Positions 16,597 through 26,125 of a DNA stretch of 64,000 nucleotides are shown here, in pieces. This stretch comes from a virus. Taxonomy: Duplodnaviria; Caudoviricetes. How positions within the stretch are numbered: position 1 is the stretch's first letter; each line of letters begins with the position of its first letter. The notes under the pieces are model-generated. The model had not been told where the DNA came from and did not search any database. It saw nothing but the letters and a program-made list of their open reading frames with translations. The translations under genes were made by a program, and so were the position numbers. The DNA lies in IMG/VR virus record IMGVR_UViG_3300013105_000005, positions 12,376 through 76,375 of that record, one strand, 5' to 3'.

Positions 16597-18711
16597 ATGT
16601 CAATAAAACTCAACACCGCCCTATACCATCGCGCTCTCGGCGCAGCTCATGCCGGAAGCGTCACGCACGACGAGTGGTCCGCGCCGAAGAATCGCACCGC
16701 AGGCAACTCGATTGCCCATGACGAATCACAGAAGGGCAACGCCGACGAGTACGCCTACCCGATCTTCGCTGAGGGCGGGAAGTTGTCGGCCAAGGGTGTC
16801 GGTTCGGCGCTGGCCTACGCGAAGAAGAATAACGCGGCGGCACTGGTTGGTCCGCTGGAGAAGATTAGCGCAGCTATCAAGATGCATTCGATTGCCGCCA
16901 GCGCCGATCCAGTGCTGTCGCTTGACGCACACCGGTACGCCTCAACACAAATCGACATGCCCGAGGAGATTGCGGAGAAGGTCCGCAGCTTCGGCAAGAG
17001 CATCGCGCAGGACGATCTTGACGAGGAGGGCGTTGAGAAAAACCCTCACGTCACGGTTAAGTACGGCCTGCACTCCGATTCTCCGAAGGCGGTGAAAAGT
17101 GCAATCGAAGGTGAAATGCCGGTTCGGTTTGCCTTAGGCACCACGCATTACTTTCCAGCCAATGAAAAGCGGCAAAGCGATGCGTTGGTCGCGCAGGTTC
17201 ACAGTCCCGATCTTCATCGCCTCAATCAGTTAATCGCAGGTGCGGCCCCACACGTTGACACGCATTCCGACTACATGCCTCATGCGACCATCGCATACCT
17301 CAAGCCGGGCCGTGGGGAAAAGTACGCGTATCGACACGACCTGTCCGGCATTGAAGGCATGACCGATACCGTTTCGCACTCCTCCGCTGATGGCAAGCAA
17401 ACCAAAATCAAACTGACCGGGACAACGCGGAACGCCAAGAAGATGGCTCTTTCTGCCGCCATTTTCTCGCTCTCGACTCCCGAGGCAAGGCCCATCCTCA
17501 CGCTGGGCATTGCCTCGCCCAAGGACATCGACGGCCACCCCGTCTACGCCCGCCGCAAGGAAATCGCCCGCGCAGGTCACTACGTGCATCGTGGCCAGAA
17601 AGACTCTGATGGAAACTGGCGCGAGTTCGATATCACCCCAGACCGCATGAGGCTGTGGGCTGATGCCTTCCAGAAGCGCAAGGCCGCTGGCATCCGCCCG
17701 TTCGTCCCCGAGCGCCACGTCGAGAGCGCAGCCGACGCCCGCGCAAACATGGGCTATGTCGATGACCTGCAAATCGAGGGGGATTCGCTCTATGCCACGA
17801 TGCATCTGATTGGCGAGGACGCGCTTGCCGCAGCCGCACGCAATGACGTGAGCATTTACGTTATTGGTGATGCCACTGATGCCAATGGCGAAAAGTACGA
17901 TGAGTGTATCGAGCATGTCTGCCTGACAGCCAACCCGGTAATTCCCAATCTTCAACCCTTTGTGCAGATCGCCGCATCCGCAGACCGCCCGGCGATTTCT
18001 GCGCCTGTCTATGTCCTGGCGGTCGAACCCAACCCCACCGCGGCCCCGAGCCGCAGGAGCTTTAAAATGACAGATGCACTTGCACAACAGGTGCGCGCTA
18101 AGCTCGGCTTTGGTGCCGAGGTGCCCGATGACCAGCTTGACGACAAAGCCGCCGAAAAGGCGCTGGCGTTGTCCGCCGAAGTCCCGACGCTCACTGGCAA
18201 GGTGACAACCTTGACCACCGAGCGCGACGCGCTGGCGACGGAACGCGACACCCTCAAGAGCGAGCTTGCCACGGCCAAGACCAAGGCGGAGGAAGCCAAC
18301 AATAAGGTGCTGCAACTGTCGGCGGATGCGCCGAACACCACCGACCCGCTGGCTATCGCGCTCATTACCCGGTCCTTTAAGACCGATCGCGAGCGCGTCA
18401 TCGAATCCGGCGTTATCAGCGAAGCCGGGATGAAGGAAGTGGACGCGCTGATGTTCAGCGAGGGCAAGCCAACGCGCACGGCGCTGGCGCTTTCCGCCGG
18501 CGGCGTTGACCCGTTCTATTCCCGCCTCTGCGACATCATCCGCCGGAACCCTGGCATCAAGACCAACAACGGCGTGCCGCGCGGTACGACGGAAGCCGAG
18601 CGGCTGGCGCTCGCTGCTGATCCCACCAAGCGGGAAGAGGATAAGGTTGACCCGGTGGCGCTGGCCGAAATGCGCCGCTATGCACACCTCCCCACTCCCG
18701 CCGCCAAGTAA
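16597..18711 (+). CDS. Prohead protease/scaffold (Mu gpI-like) with an embedded 2H phosphoesterase domain
   Basis: PHVTVKYG and PHATIAY (two HxT motifs) at about 16933-17420; protease-like IARAGHY...GYVDDL...HVCLTANPVI at about 17550-17960; C-terminal coiled coil. Confidence 0.8.
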   Translation: MSIKLNTALYHRALGAAHAGSVTHDEWSAPKNRTAGNSIAHDESQKGNADEYAYPIFAEGGKLSAKGVGSALAYAKKNNAAALVGPLEKISAAIKMHSIAASADPVLSLDAHRYASTQIDMPEEIAEKVRSFGKSIAQDDLDEEGVEKNPHVTVKYGLHSDSPKAVKSAIEGEMPVRFALGTTHYFPANEKRQSDALVAQVHSPDLHRLNQLIAGAAPHVDTHSDYMPHATIAYLKPGRGEKYAYRHDLSGIEGMTDTVSHSSADGKQTKIKLTGTTRNAKKMALSAAIFSLSTPEARPILTLGIASPKDIDGHPVYARRKEIARAGHYVHRGQKDSDGNWREFDITPDRMRLWADAFQKRKAAGIRPFVPERHVESAADARANMGYVDDLQIEGDSLYATMHLIGEDALAAAARNDVSIYVIGDATDANGEKYDECIEHVCLTANPVIPNLQPFVQIAASADRPAISAPVYVLAVEPNPTAAPSRRSFKMTDALAQQVRAKLGFGAEVPDDQLDDKAAEKALALSAEVPTLTGKVTTLTTERDALATERDTLKSELATAKTKAEEANNKVLQLSADAPNTTDPLAIALITRSFKTDRERVIESGVISEAGMKEVDALMFSEGKPTRTALALSAGGVDPFYSRLCDIIRRNPGIKTNNGVPRGTTEAERLALAADPTKREEDKVDPVALAEMRRYAHLPTPAAK
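18055..18069 (+). promoter_or_regulatory. Internal in-frame RBS and ATG for a separate scaffolding protein (18067-18711)
   Basis: AGGAG, 7 nt spacer, ATG in frame before the coiled coil; analogous to Mu I/Z. Confidence 0.6.
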
Positions 18712-18800
18712 GTCACCTCACGCAACCAGCGTTGGAATTCAACCGGCTGCATAAGCCGCGAAGATTTCACATTCCCTGAAATTTCTACAGGAGCTTTACA

Positions 18801-19859
18801 ATGATCGCTCAAGAATTCCGTTTCGACCCCGGCCAAATCTTGCAGCCGGCGCTTCCCTCTCCGCTGAACCGGCTGGAGCCGGCGGCGTTCGGGGCTTCCC
18901 TGACCATTGCCAAGGGTCAGGCGCTCGCCCAGAAGACCAGTGATGCCAAGCTGTACCCCCTGAACCTTGCGGCCACCGACGGCACGCAGATTTTCGTGGG
19001 TTTCAGCCAATATCCGGTTGTCACCGATGCCAGCGGCAACGTGCAATACTTTTTCAGTGGCACGGCCACCGGCATCAATTTCTTCGCGCCGCCGACGCAA
19101 TCCGCTGGCATCTACACCGGCGGCATCTTCGACCCGCGCGACCTGATTACGGCCACCGCAGGAACCGCCGTCGCTGAAGTCGATACGATCACTCCGACCA
19201 ACCCGACCACTGGCGACATCTATTCCGTCACCACCCCAAACGGCGACGGCGTTGAAGTGACCGTGGGTGCCACGCAGACGGCCACCGCGACCGTTACGCT
19301 GCTGGCGAATGCCTGGAACGCCAACCCCGTGCTGAAGGCCCTGGCGACCACCAGCGGCACTTCTACGCTCATCCTGACAGCGGTGACGCCCGGCGTGGCA
19401 CTGGGCCTGAAAGCCGCCTCTGTCGGTACTGGCACTGTTGCTTTGGTCATCACGACCGCGGCTGTCGCACTGGCTCAAGGTGAGGTGGATACCTTCACCG
19501 CAACCAACCCGACGACCGGCGACGTGTATACGATCACCGCAACCCTGCCGAACGGCACGACCAAAGCAATCAGCGCAACGGTCGGCGCGACTCAGACAGC
19601 CACGGCTATTGATGCCCTGCTCATCGCGGCATGGAACGCAGACCCAGCCGCTGCGGCGATCGCCACGGCTTCGGGAACGACCACGCTGATTCTGACGGCA
19701 CCTGCGGGCGCTACGCTCAATCTCGCGGGTACGGTTGTCGGCACGGGCACGATCGCCAAAGTCGTGACGACCCCGGCGACGGGCCGCAAGCTGTCGGATA
19801 TCTTGCCCGGTTGCCCTGGCGCTCGTGTGCTGTCAAGTGGCTTCTGGGAGCTGCCCTGA
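18801..19859 (+). CDS. Head decoration protein with two inserted repeat domains
   Basis: gpD-like KLYP...ATDGTQ...G motif; AGGAG RBS; located before the capsid gene. Confidence 0.7.
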   Translation: MIAQEFRFDPGQILQPALPSPLNRLEPAAFGASLTIAKGQALAQKTSDAKLYPLNLAATDGTQIFVGFSQYPVVTDASGNVQYFFSGTATGINFFAPPTQSAGIYTGGIFDPRDLITATAGTAVAEVDTITPTNPTTGDIYSVTTPNGDGVEVTVGATQTATATVTLLANAWNANPVLKALATTSGTSTLILTAVTPGVALGLKAASVGTGTVALVITTAAVALAQGEVDTFTATNPTTGDVYTITATLPNGTTKAISATVGATQTATAIDALLIAAWNADPAAAAIATASGTTTLILTAPAGATLNLAGTVVGTGTIAKVVTTPATGRKLSDILPGCPGARVLSSGFWELP

Positions 19860-20042
19860 CCTCTAGCCGCTTCGTTCCTTCACCAAAATTACCAAATCTC
19901 AGAACTGTCGGGCCGGGAAAGCTACCCGAGCGGGTCGCGTCACCACGCGCGACCCCGCCCGCCTTTCATTCCATCTTCCGTGGTGATTCTCGCTTGGTGG
20001 TGAGCGTCTTTCGTGCCGCGTTGCGGCCGGGAGATCCCTCAA

Positions 20043-21113
20043 ATGTTGAATCTTGTTTATCCGTCTGCCGCAACGATGAAAGAAATCGACGCCGATCTCA
20101 CCGTGCGCTCGCGCGCCAATCGGCTTGGTTTTCAGCTCTTCCCCGTCGAAGAGGAGACCACGTTCCAGGTCCGCTGGATTCAGAAGGACAACTATTACGG
20201 CCTAATGGCCATGCGCGGAATCGACGGCGCGCCGCCAAAGGTCCAGCGCGTCGGAGAAAACTCGTTTGTCTACGAGCCGGGTGTCTACGGTGAGAATGTC
20301 GTCATCACCGAGCGCGAACTGCTCATGCGATCTGTCCCCAATCGACCGGATATCCCGATTCCCGTCACCGATCTTGTGACCGAAGCGCAGATGCAGCTTA
20401 CTCAGCGCAAGGATGATCGCGTTGAGGCCAATGTGTTCTCTCTGCTTTCGACCGGGACACTTTCAATTCCCCTCCCCGGTCCTAACGGCGTCATCGCCTA
20501 CAAAGACGCCTACACCTTCCAGACCATCACCGCTTCCGTGCCATGGGCGACGGCGGCAACGGCCACTCCGTTGCTTAACTTCCAACAGGCGCAGCAGCTT
20601 CAGATTGGTCACGGCGTTGATTTTGGTGCAGCGGCCACGGCGTACATGAATCAGTTCACGGCGAATCTGTTGCTCAACAACGCAAACGCCTCTGACTTCG
20701 GAGGCCGCCGCAATCAGTTTGGCGCGACGATCAATGACCTGGCCGCGTTCAACAACTACTTCGCGGGCCAGAACCTGCCGAAGATTCAGGTGTACGATCA
20801 GGGCTACCAGCCCAACCCGATCAGCGGCCCAATCACCACGCCGTCTTCGCAGTTCATCAAGTTCATTCCCGACCACACCGTCATCATTGTTGGTCGTCGC
20901 CCTGGCAATACGCCCGTTGGCGCGTTCAAGCAGACGCTCCAAGCGATGCAGCCCGGCGCAGCGCCTTCGCCCGGCGCATACAGCTTCATTAAGGACTACG
21001 CGCGCGGTATCAATGCGCCGCTCGAAGTCCCGCCGAAGTTGGAAGTCCACGAAGGGTTCAATGGGGGATTGGTCATGTACTACCAAAATAGCGTAATCGT
21101 GATGACCGTGTGA
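20043..21113 (+). CDS. Major capsid protein (HK97 fold, phage cap E-like)
   Basis: 356 aa after decoration gene; W....ATPL, KFIPD..V motifs. Confidence 0.85.
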   Translation: MLNLVYPSAATMKEIDADLTVRSRANRLGFQLFPVEEETTFQVRWIQKDNYYGLMAMRGIDGAPPKVQRVGENSFVYEPGVYGENVVITERELLMRSVPNRPDIPIPVTDLVTEAQMQLTQRKDDRVEANVFSLLSTGTLSIPLPGPNGVIAYKDAYTFQTITASVPWATAATATPLLNFQQAQQLQIGHGVDFGAAATAYMNQFTANLLLNNANASDFGGRRNQFGATINDLAAFNNYFAGQNLPKIQVYDQGYQPNPISGPITTPSSQFIKFIPDHTVIIVGRRPGNTPVGAFKQTLQAMQPGAAPSPGAYSFIKDYARGINAPLEVPPKLEVHEGFNGGLVMYYQNSVIVMTV

Positions 21114-21171
21114 CGCACGCGATGGTACATCGCTGCTCATTTCCGATTTATTTCTTTAGGAGCATTCCCAC

Positions 21172-21594
21172 ATGCCAGAACCAGAAAAAGAAAAGAAGGT
21201 CCAGGCCCGCAATCGCAAGTTCCGCGTCATTAAGGGTCAAGTCGGCCCATGGCGATACGATACTCCCGGCGGCACAGTTTTCGACGAAGACACCTTCAAG
21301 CGGCTCAACCCCGAGCCGAAGGAAGGGGCCGACAAAGAAGGCTATCACGATGCCTTGCTTGGCCGGCTCATCGTGCTGGAGGTCATCCGCGAGGTGCCGG
21401 ATACCGAGAAGACGACGCCGACGCCAATCGGCCCCGGCGGCGAGAAGGGCCACAGCGCAGGCACCATCGCCGACAGCGCGAAGGCGGTCATCGACCAGCG
21501 AGCGGCGATTGCGCAGTCCGTGGCCGCGCGCCCAGCGGAAGGCGAGCCTCAGGCCGCGCCGCGCCCCGAAGTGAAGCAGGGCGGCCAAACGTAA
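21172..21594 (+). CDS. Hypothetical head-associated protein
   Basis: AGGAG RBS; usual position after the capsid gene. Confidence 0.6.
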   Translation: MPEPEKEKKVQARNRKFRVIKGQVGPWRYDTPGGTVFDEDTFKRLNPEPKEGADKEGYHDALLGRLIVLEVIREVPDTEKTTPTPIGPGGEKGHSAGTIADSAKAVIDQRAAIAQSVAARPAEGEPQAAPRPEVKQGGQT

Positions 21595-21666
21595 ACCCTG
21601 GCATCCCCTCCGGCGCGGTTGCATGTCCCCGCGTGCGCCGCGCCGGAACTTGCCTCAGTATTTGTC

Positions 21667-21927
21667 TTAGCGGTTTTTACGCAATGCCCATTGCCCAAAG
21701 GTATCCTTCAAAGTCTCGATGACAATCTCTCTTGGCGCGAGTTCTTTTATATATATTTCCGGATGACTGCGCTGGGCATGCACAACCGCCAACACTTCGT
21801 ATAGGCTCTGATTGAGCTTGCCGTATTCGATTTCCATCCACTCTCCCACTCGCGGCATTTGTTCAAATTGAAGAGTCAGGGGCTTCAGAATTTCATGCCT
21901 GCGAACTACGAAAATGCGTGTGTCCAT
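21667..21927 (-). CDS. Hypothetical protein (moron)
   Basis: AT-rich antisense ORF inside the late operon. Confidence 0.5.
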   Translation of the reverse strand: MDTRIFVVRRHEILKPLTLQFEQMPRVGEWMEIEYGKLNQSLYEVLAVVHAQRSHPEIYIKELAPREIVIETLKDTFGQWALRKNR

Positions 21928-22016
21928 CCCTGAATTGTAACATGCGTATCCGATTCCGCGTCAATTCACGGGGGTTTACGCGCCCACGCTTCACCATCAA
22001 TTAAAGGAACTATCCC

Positions 22017-22514
22017 ATGACAATTGTCGATGCATCTTCGCAGACACAGATCGTTGTCCACGACAGCAAGAGCGGCGGCATTTCCACCAAAAGCGGCTCG
22101 CTGATTTATACCAAGCAGAACACCTACACCCAAGGCAGTGGCAACAATCAGATTGGCATTCAGTTCAACGACGAGCGCACTCTATCTGCTGGCGCGAATG
22201 AGGTTTTGGATTTCAGCGGCACGATGTTGCAGGACGATTTCGGCAACAACATTGCCCTGACCAAAATCAAAGAATTGCTGATTGAAAACGAGTCGCTTAC
22301 CGGAACGCTTTCGGTTGGCGGCGGCACATCGAATTTGGTTTTGGATGTTGACCATGCGACCGTTACCAATGTGATTCAGCCGGGCGGAAGGATGCACATC
22401 GTCAACCCGCTGGCCGGATGGACCGTCACGGCTACAACCGGCGACTTGCTGAAAATCACCAACGGCGACGGCTCTAACGCCACAACCTACAAGATCGTTG
22501 TCCTGGGCATCTAA
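22017..22514 (+). CDS. Putative virion structural protein
   Basis: AAGGA RBS; beta-rich composition. Confidence 0.6.
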   Translation: MTIVDASSQTQIVVHDSKSGGISTKSGSLIYTKQNTYTQGSGNNQIGIQFNDERTLSAGANEVLDFSGTMLQDDFGNNIALTKIKELLIENESLTGTLSVGGGTSNLVLDVDHATVTNVIQPGGRMHIVNPLAGWTVTATTGDLLKITNGDGSNATTYKIVVLGI

Positions 22515-22544
22515 GCCAGTTCTCACTGAGAACCGGAGTAAAAC

Positions 22545-23459
22545 ATGGGCACATTGAATTGGGTTGGCGGCTCTGGCTCCCAGTCGTGGGCTACCGCAGC
22601 AAATTGGGACACGGCGGCGGTTCCCGTCACTGGCGACGATGTTTACATTGCGCAGGGCAACAGCGATATCAACTCTGGACTTGCGCAGTCTGGCGTTACA
22701 CTCAATAGCCTTAACATCCTTCCTGGATTCAGCGGCACCATCGGCTCGACCGGCAACAGCGGCGATTCGCTGGCGATCGGTGCGACCAATGTTTACGTCA
22801 ACAGCCAGAGCGGGCGAACCAAGCTGGATTTCGGCTCCGTTACCCACACGACAACCGTCGTGAGCACGGGCGGTTCAAGTGACACGAACCTTGAAGCCTT
22901 CCGAATTCGCGGCGGCACCAATACCAGCAAACTCTATGTTGTCGGGAACAATCAGACGGCCGTAGGCGTGGCCACTACTCGCGCGGGCATTACTGCTACG
23001 CTGAGCGAGTGGGACGTACGCGGGGGCACCGTGAATCTTGGCGCTGGACTCACTTGCGCCACCGGGAAACAATCCGGCGGCACCGTGACGCTGGGCGGAT
23101 CAGCAACGACGATCACTCAGACCGGCAGCGGCACGCTGATTCATCAGGGAAGCGGCACCATCACAACCCTGACGGCAACAGGTACTGTGATTGAAAACAG
23201 CAGGCCGGCGGCAGGAACTGATGTAATTGGCACGTTGACGACTGGTCCGGGTGCGACGGTCGATTTCTCGCAGAACCCCGCACCTTGCACGCTCACCAAC
23301 GCTCCGATACTCGGCAAGGGCACTAACTTTCTGGCGTTCATGCCGAATCAGGTGGCCTTGCATGCGGCTTCACTGACCATCAAGGGCCAGCAGTGCGGAC
23401 TGAGCGACCTGACCATTAACGTCGGCTCACAGGTGCAGGCGACGATTACGAATTGGTGA
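22545..23459 (+). CDS. Beta-solenoid virion protein
   Basis: W..AANW...VP..GDDVYI start motif and G/T/S-rich repeats. Confidence 0.6.
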   Translation: MGTLNWVGGSGSQSWATAANWDTAAVPVTGDDVYIAQGNSDINSGLAQSGVTLNSLNILPGFSGTIGSTGNSGDSLAIGATNVYVNSQSGRTKLDFGSVTHTTTVVSTGGSSDTNLEAFRIRGGTNTSKLYVVGNNQTAVGVATTRAGITATLSEWDVRGGTVNLGAGLTCATGKQSGGTVTLGGSATTITQTGSGTLIHQGSGTITTLTATGTVIENSRPAAGTDVIGTLTTGPGATVDFSQNPAPCTLTNAPILGKGTNFLAFMPNQVALHAASLTIKGQQCGLSDLTINVGSQVQATITNW

Positions 23460-23463
23460 TGAA

Positions 23464-23700
23464 ATGAAAGAAATTCCCGCCTCAGAATGGGACAAGCCAC
23501 CATTTGTTGCCGCTACAGATCACACTCTTCCGCCGGGCAGCAGGGTCTTTGTTGATGGCGAAGACGTTACGAATCGTGCGCAGGTCTGCCATCCGGTGCA
23601 AGGATGGGTGCGGGCTTACGTGATGGAAGGTGACCGAATTGCCGTTCCGATAAGGATGGTTGTCTTAGTCGGGAACATTGAAATCCGCCCTGGTGAGTAA
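23464..23700 (+). CDS. Hypothetical protein
   Basis: In operon with short spacers. Confidence 0.5.
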   Translation: MKEIPASEWDKPPFVAATDHTLPPGSRVFVDGEDVTNRAQVCHPVQGWVRAYVMEGDRIAVPIRMVVLVGNIEIRPGE

Positions 23701-23703
23701 CTG

Positions 23704-24240
23704 ATGACGGACTACATCACCCAAGGCTCATCCGCGATCTGGGCGCTGCTGACGGCCCCAAATTCGTTCTTCGCGAACAACGTAAAATCTGGCAATCGCC
23801 TCAGCTTCATTTCCGGCAAGCCGTTCCCCGAGAAGACCAATCGGCAGGCTGGCGACTACCCGGAAGCAAAGCTACGTGCTGCATCATGGCAGAGCCAAGG
23901 ATTCACCGGCACCAACTCGCAGAAGACGTTCGGCAATACCGCGCCGGGCGTCAACCTCAATTTCGATTTTGTCATTGAGAAAAGCGTCACCTACGAATTG
24001 ACGCTCACTTACTCGAACGTCGATGAGGTTCTTCCTGGCCAACTCGAAACCGCCGTGGAATCGGCGTTGCTGAATGGCGGCATCAATCTGGGTCTGGCCA
24101 AGGTGAAGACCTGGGGGCCGCTGTCGGGTCGCTACGAGCAAAAGTACACGGACACCGCCGGAAAACATCTATCACTCGTTCAAACCATTTTTATCCCCGT
24201 CCTTTTTCGCTTACATCGCGCCGACGTGCTTGGCGCATAA
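23704..24240 (+). CDS. Putative tail terminator/completion protein
   Basis: Size and position between head and tail genes. Confidence 0.5.
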   Translation: MTDYITQGSSAIWALLTAPNSFFANNVKSGNRLSFISGKPFPEKTNRQAGDYPEAKLRAASWQSQGFTGTNSQKTFGNTAPGVNLNFDFVIEKSVTYELTLTYSNVDEVLPGQLETAVESALLNGGINLGLAKVKTWGPLSGRYEQKYTDTAGKHLSLVQTIFIPVLFRLHRADVLGA

Positions 24241-24252
24241 AGGAGCCTCGTC

Positions 24253-24603
24253 ATGGCAGAGCAAGATCGCCCGAAAATCATCGCGCCGGTGTCGGCGGGT
24301 TTCACGATGGTGCATTGGTTTTATATGTACGAATTGCCGGATGGTACGAAGCACATCATGCGCCTCACTGGCGTCGAAAACCGCGAGCTGGTCCTTCAGC
24401 ACGCCGAGCAGATGCACAAGCACGCCGGCGGCAAGACGATAGAGCTTCGACGATTGAAGGACGATTCGGAAATCCACGAGGCGGCACAGAAGCTCGCCGA
24501 AGATCCCAAGTGGTATCCCGTCAACGAGCAGACGCTCAAGGCTCTCAATAACGCTGGCGTGATGGGCGAGCAGCTTATCGTTCCCGCTGGCCAGACGGCT
24601 TAA
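24253..24603 (+). CDS. Hypothetical protein
   Basis: AGGAG RBS; coupled to next gene. Confidence 0.55.
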   Translation: MAEQDRPKIIAPVSAGFTMVHWFYMYELPDGTKHIMRLTGVENRELVLQHAEQMHKHAGGKTIELRRLKDDSEIHEAAQKLAEDPKWYPVNEQTLKALNNAGVMGEQLIVPAGQTA

Positions 24604-25004
24604 TGACGCCAGAAGAGAAAATCCGCGACATCACATTCGGCGTGCTGCATCAATTTGCGTCGGACGTGATGGACGATCTACACCAGAAGCTGGACAACGC
24701 ATACCCGCCAGCAAGTAAACCGGGAGAAGTCCCTCGCCGACGCAGCGGCGAATTGCAGGAGGGGATTGATTATCTCATCACGCAAGAGGGGTCGCTGATT
24801 GTCCTCACGATCATCTCTTCCGCACCGCACTCGGCGTACCTCGAATTTGGAACCGACCGCATGAGCAAGCGGCCCTTCATGCTGCCGGCGTTGCAGTCGT
24901 GGACGCCGGAACTGATTCGCAGGCTTCAAGCCGCGTTCTCCGGTCCTTCCCCTGTTGTATCGCCCGCCGGGGCGATCATTCCTTTCACTAACATTGCCGC
25001 CTAA
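24603..25004 (+). CDS. HK97 gp10-like neck/tail completion protein
   Basis: P..RSG.L...I...APHSAYLEFGT.RM..RPF motif. Confidence 0.85.
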   Translation: MTPEEKIRDITFGVLHQFASDVMDDLHQKLDNAYPPASKPGEVPRRRSGELQEGIDYLITQEGSLIVLTIISSAPHSAYLEFGTDRMSKRPFMLPALQSWTPELIRRLQAAFSGPSPVVSPAGAIIPFTNIAA

Positions 25005-25028
25005 AGCGGCCCAATCAGGAGCAATACA

Positions 25029-25436
25029 ATGGCACTCGCGCTTTTAGACGGCACCGATGCGACCATCGACATCCAACTCAACTCCGTGTCCTACAAGGGC
25101 ATCATGGGTCAGTGGGTGGCGCGCATGGGTCGCGAGTTTTTCGAGCAGACGACTTTCGCTAGTGGCGGTTGGAGGTCACGTGTACCGGGGCTCAAGCAAG
25201 TTACTGGAAGCATGGCCGGATTCAACAGCAAAGGGTCGGCGGCGTCCGACCCGCTCGCGCTGTTCGCCAATCAGACGCCGTATGCGGGCGTCTTCACTTC
25301 GACGACCGGATGCACGCTCACGGGAACCTTCCATGAGCAGAGCGATAGCGTCTCGGAGATCGCGGCTGGCGTCTCTGGCCGAGCAATTGACTTTGAGAGC
25401 TACGGCGCTGTTACGAGTGCATGGGTAATCGCCTAA
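25029..25436 (+). CDS. Major tail tube protein
   Basis: 135 aa, AGGAG RBS, immediately before the chaperone. Confidence 0.65.
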   Translation: MALALLDGTDATIDIQLNSVSYKGIMGQWVARMGREFFEQTTFASGGWRSRVPGLKQVTGSMAGFNSKGSAASDPLALFANQTPYAGVFTSTTGCTLTGTFHEQSDSVSEIAAGVSGRAIDFESYGAVTSAWVIA

Positions 25437-25449
25437 TCAGGAGAACAAC

Positions 25450-25971
25450 GTGAATTTTCTGGAAGCGTTCGAAGCTCCAATCGTGGAGAAAATCGGCGGG
25501 GTGGCTGTAAGTTTCCCCGTCCTGTCGATTGATGACTACGCGCCGTGGGTCGCGGAGATCGCGGCGGCGCGCAAGCAGGTGGCCAAAGCATCCATCCCCC
25601 GCGCCATTGACCCGCAGACCAAGCTGCCAACGCTGCTGAACCCTACGGCGCAGTGGAGCATTAACCAGCGCATCGAGAATATCGAATGCGGTCTCGAAGA
25701 TGTGGCCGAGAAGGTTTGGACGCTGGCGGGCGCTCGTCGCGTGCTGACGATGAGCCTCGCGAAAGCGGGTCTTTCCGAAGAGGACCAAAAGCAGGTGTTG
25801 GCTCGGATTAAGCCGGTGAGGTTGCACGCCCTGGCCGTCGAGGTATCGGGACTGTTTGAGGCCAAGCCAGAAGCGGAGAAGGCTGACGCCAAGCCAGCGG
25901 AGGGCCAGCCCGACCCAAACTCCAACTTGCCGGCGGTCAACCAGCAACCCACCGGCGCAACTGGCTCTTAG
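25450..25971 (+). CDS. Tail assembly chaperone; -1 frameshift product extends to 26129
   Basis: Position; in-frame slippery heptamer; open -1 frame ...LLDLMLVHRY...DKFVG*. Confidence 0.75.
   Translation: MNFLEAFEAPIVEKIGGVAVSFPVLSIDDYAPWVAEIAAARKQVAKASIPRAIDPQTKLPTLLNPTAQWSINQRIENIECGLEDVAEKVWTLAGARRVLTMSLAKAGLSEEDQKQVLARIKPVRLHALAVEVSGLFEAKPEAEKADAKPAEGQPDPNSNLPAVNQQPTGATGS
25914..25920 (+). promoter_or_regulatory. Programmed -1 ribosomal frameshift site C CCA AAC
   Basis: X XXY YYZ heptamer in the correct phase of the chaperone ORF. Confidence 0.7.
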
Positions 25972-26125
25972 ACCTGATGCTGGTGCATCGCTATAGCGGC
26001 AGGGATGGCCGCAAGATGAGTTGGATCGTGTTCCAAGGCGTCCTCGGTCGTATCCAGAAGCTGCGGCGGATGGAAGCGGGCAAGATGCCCAGCGACCGGG
26101 AGAGGTTGATGGATAAGTTCGTCGG

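Noticed and set aside
17230-18687. 485-aa antisense ORF (also 3766-4776, 49547-51043, 37970-38641)
   Set aside because: Antisense shadows of strongly biased GC-rich genes; no motifs or RBS
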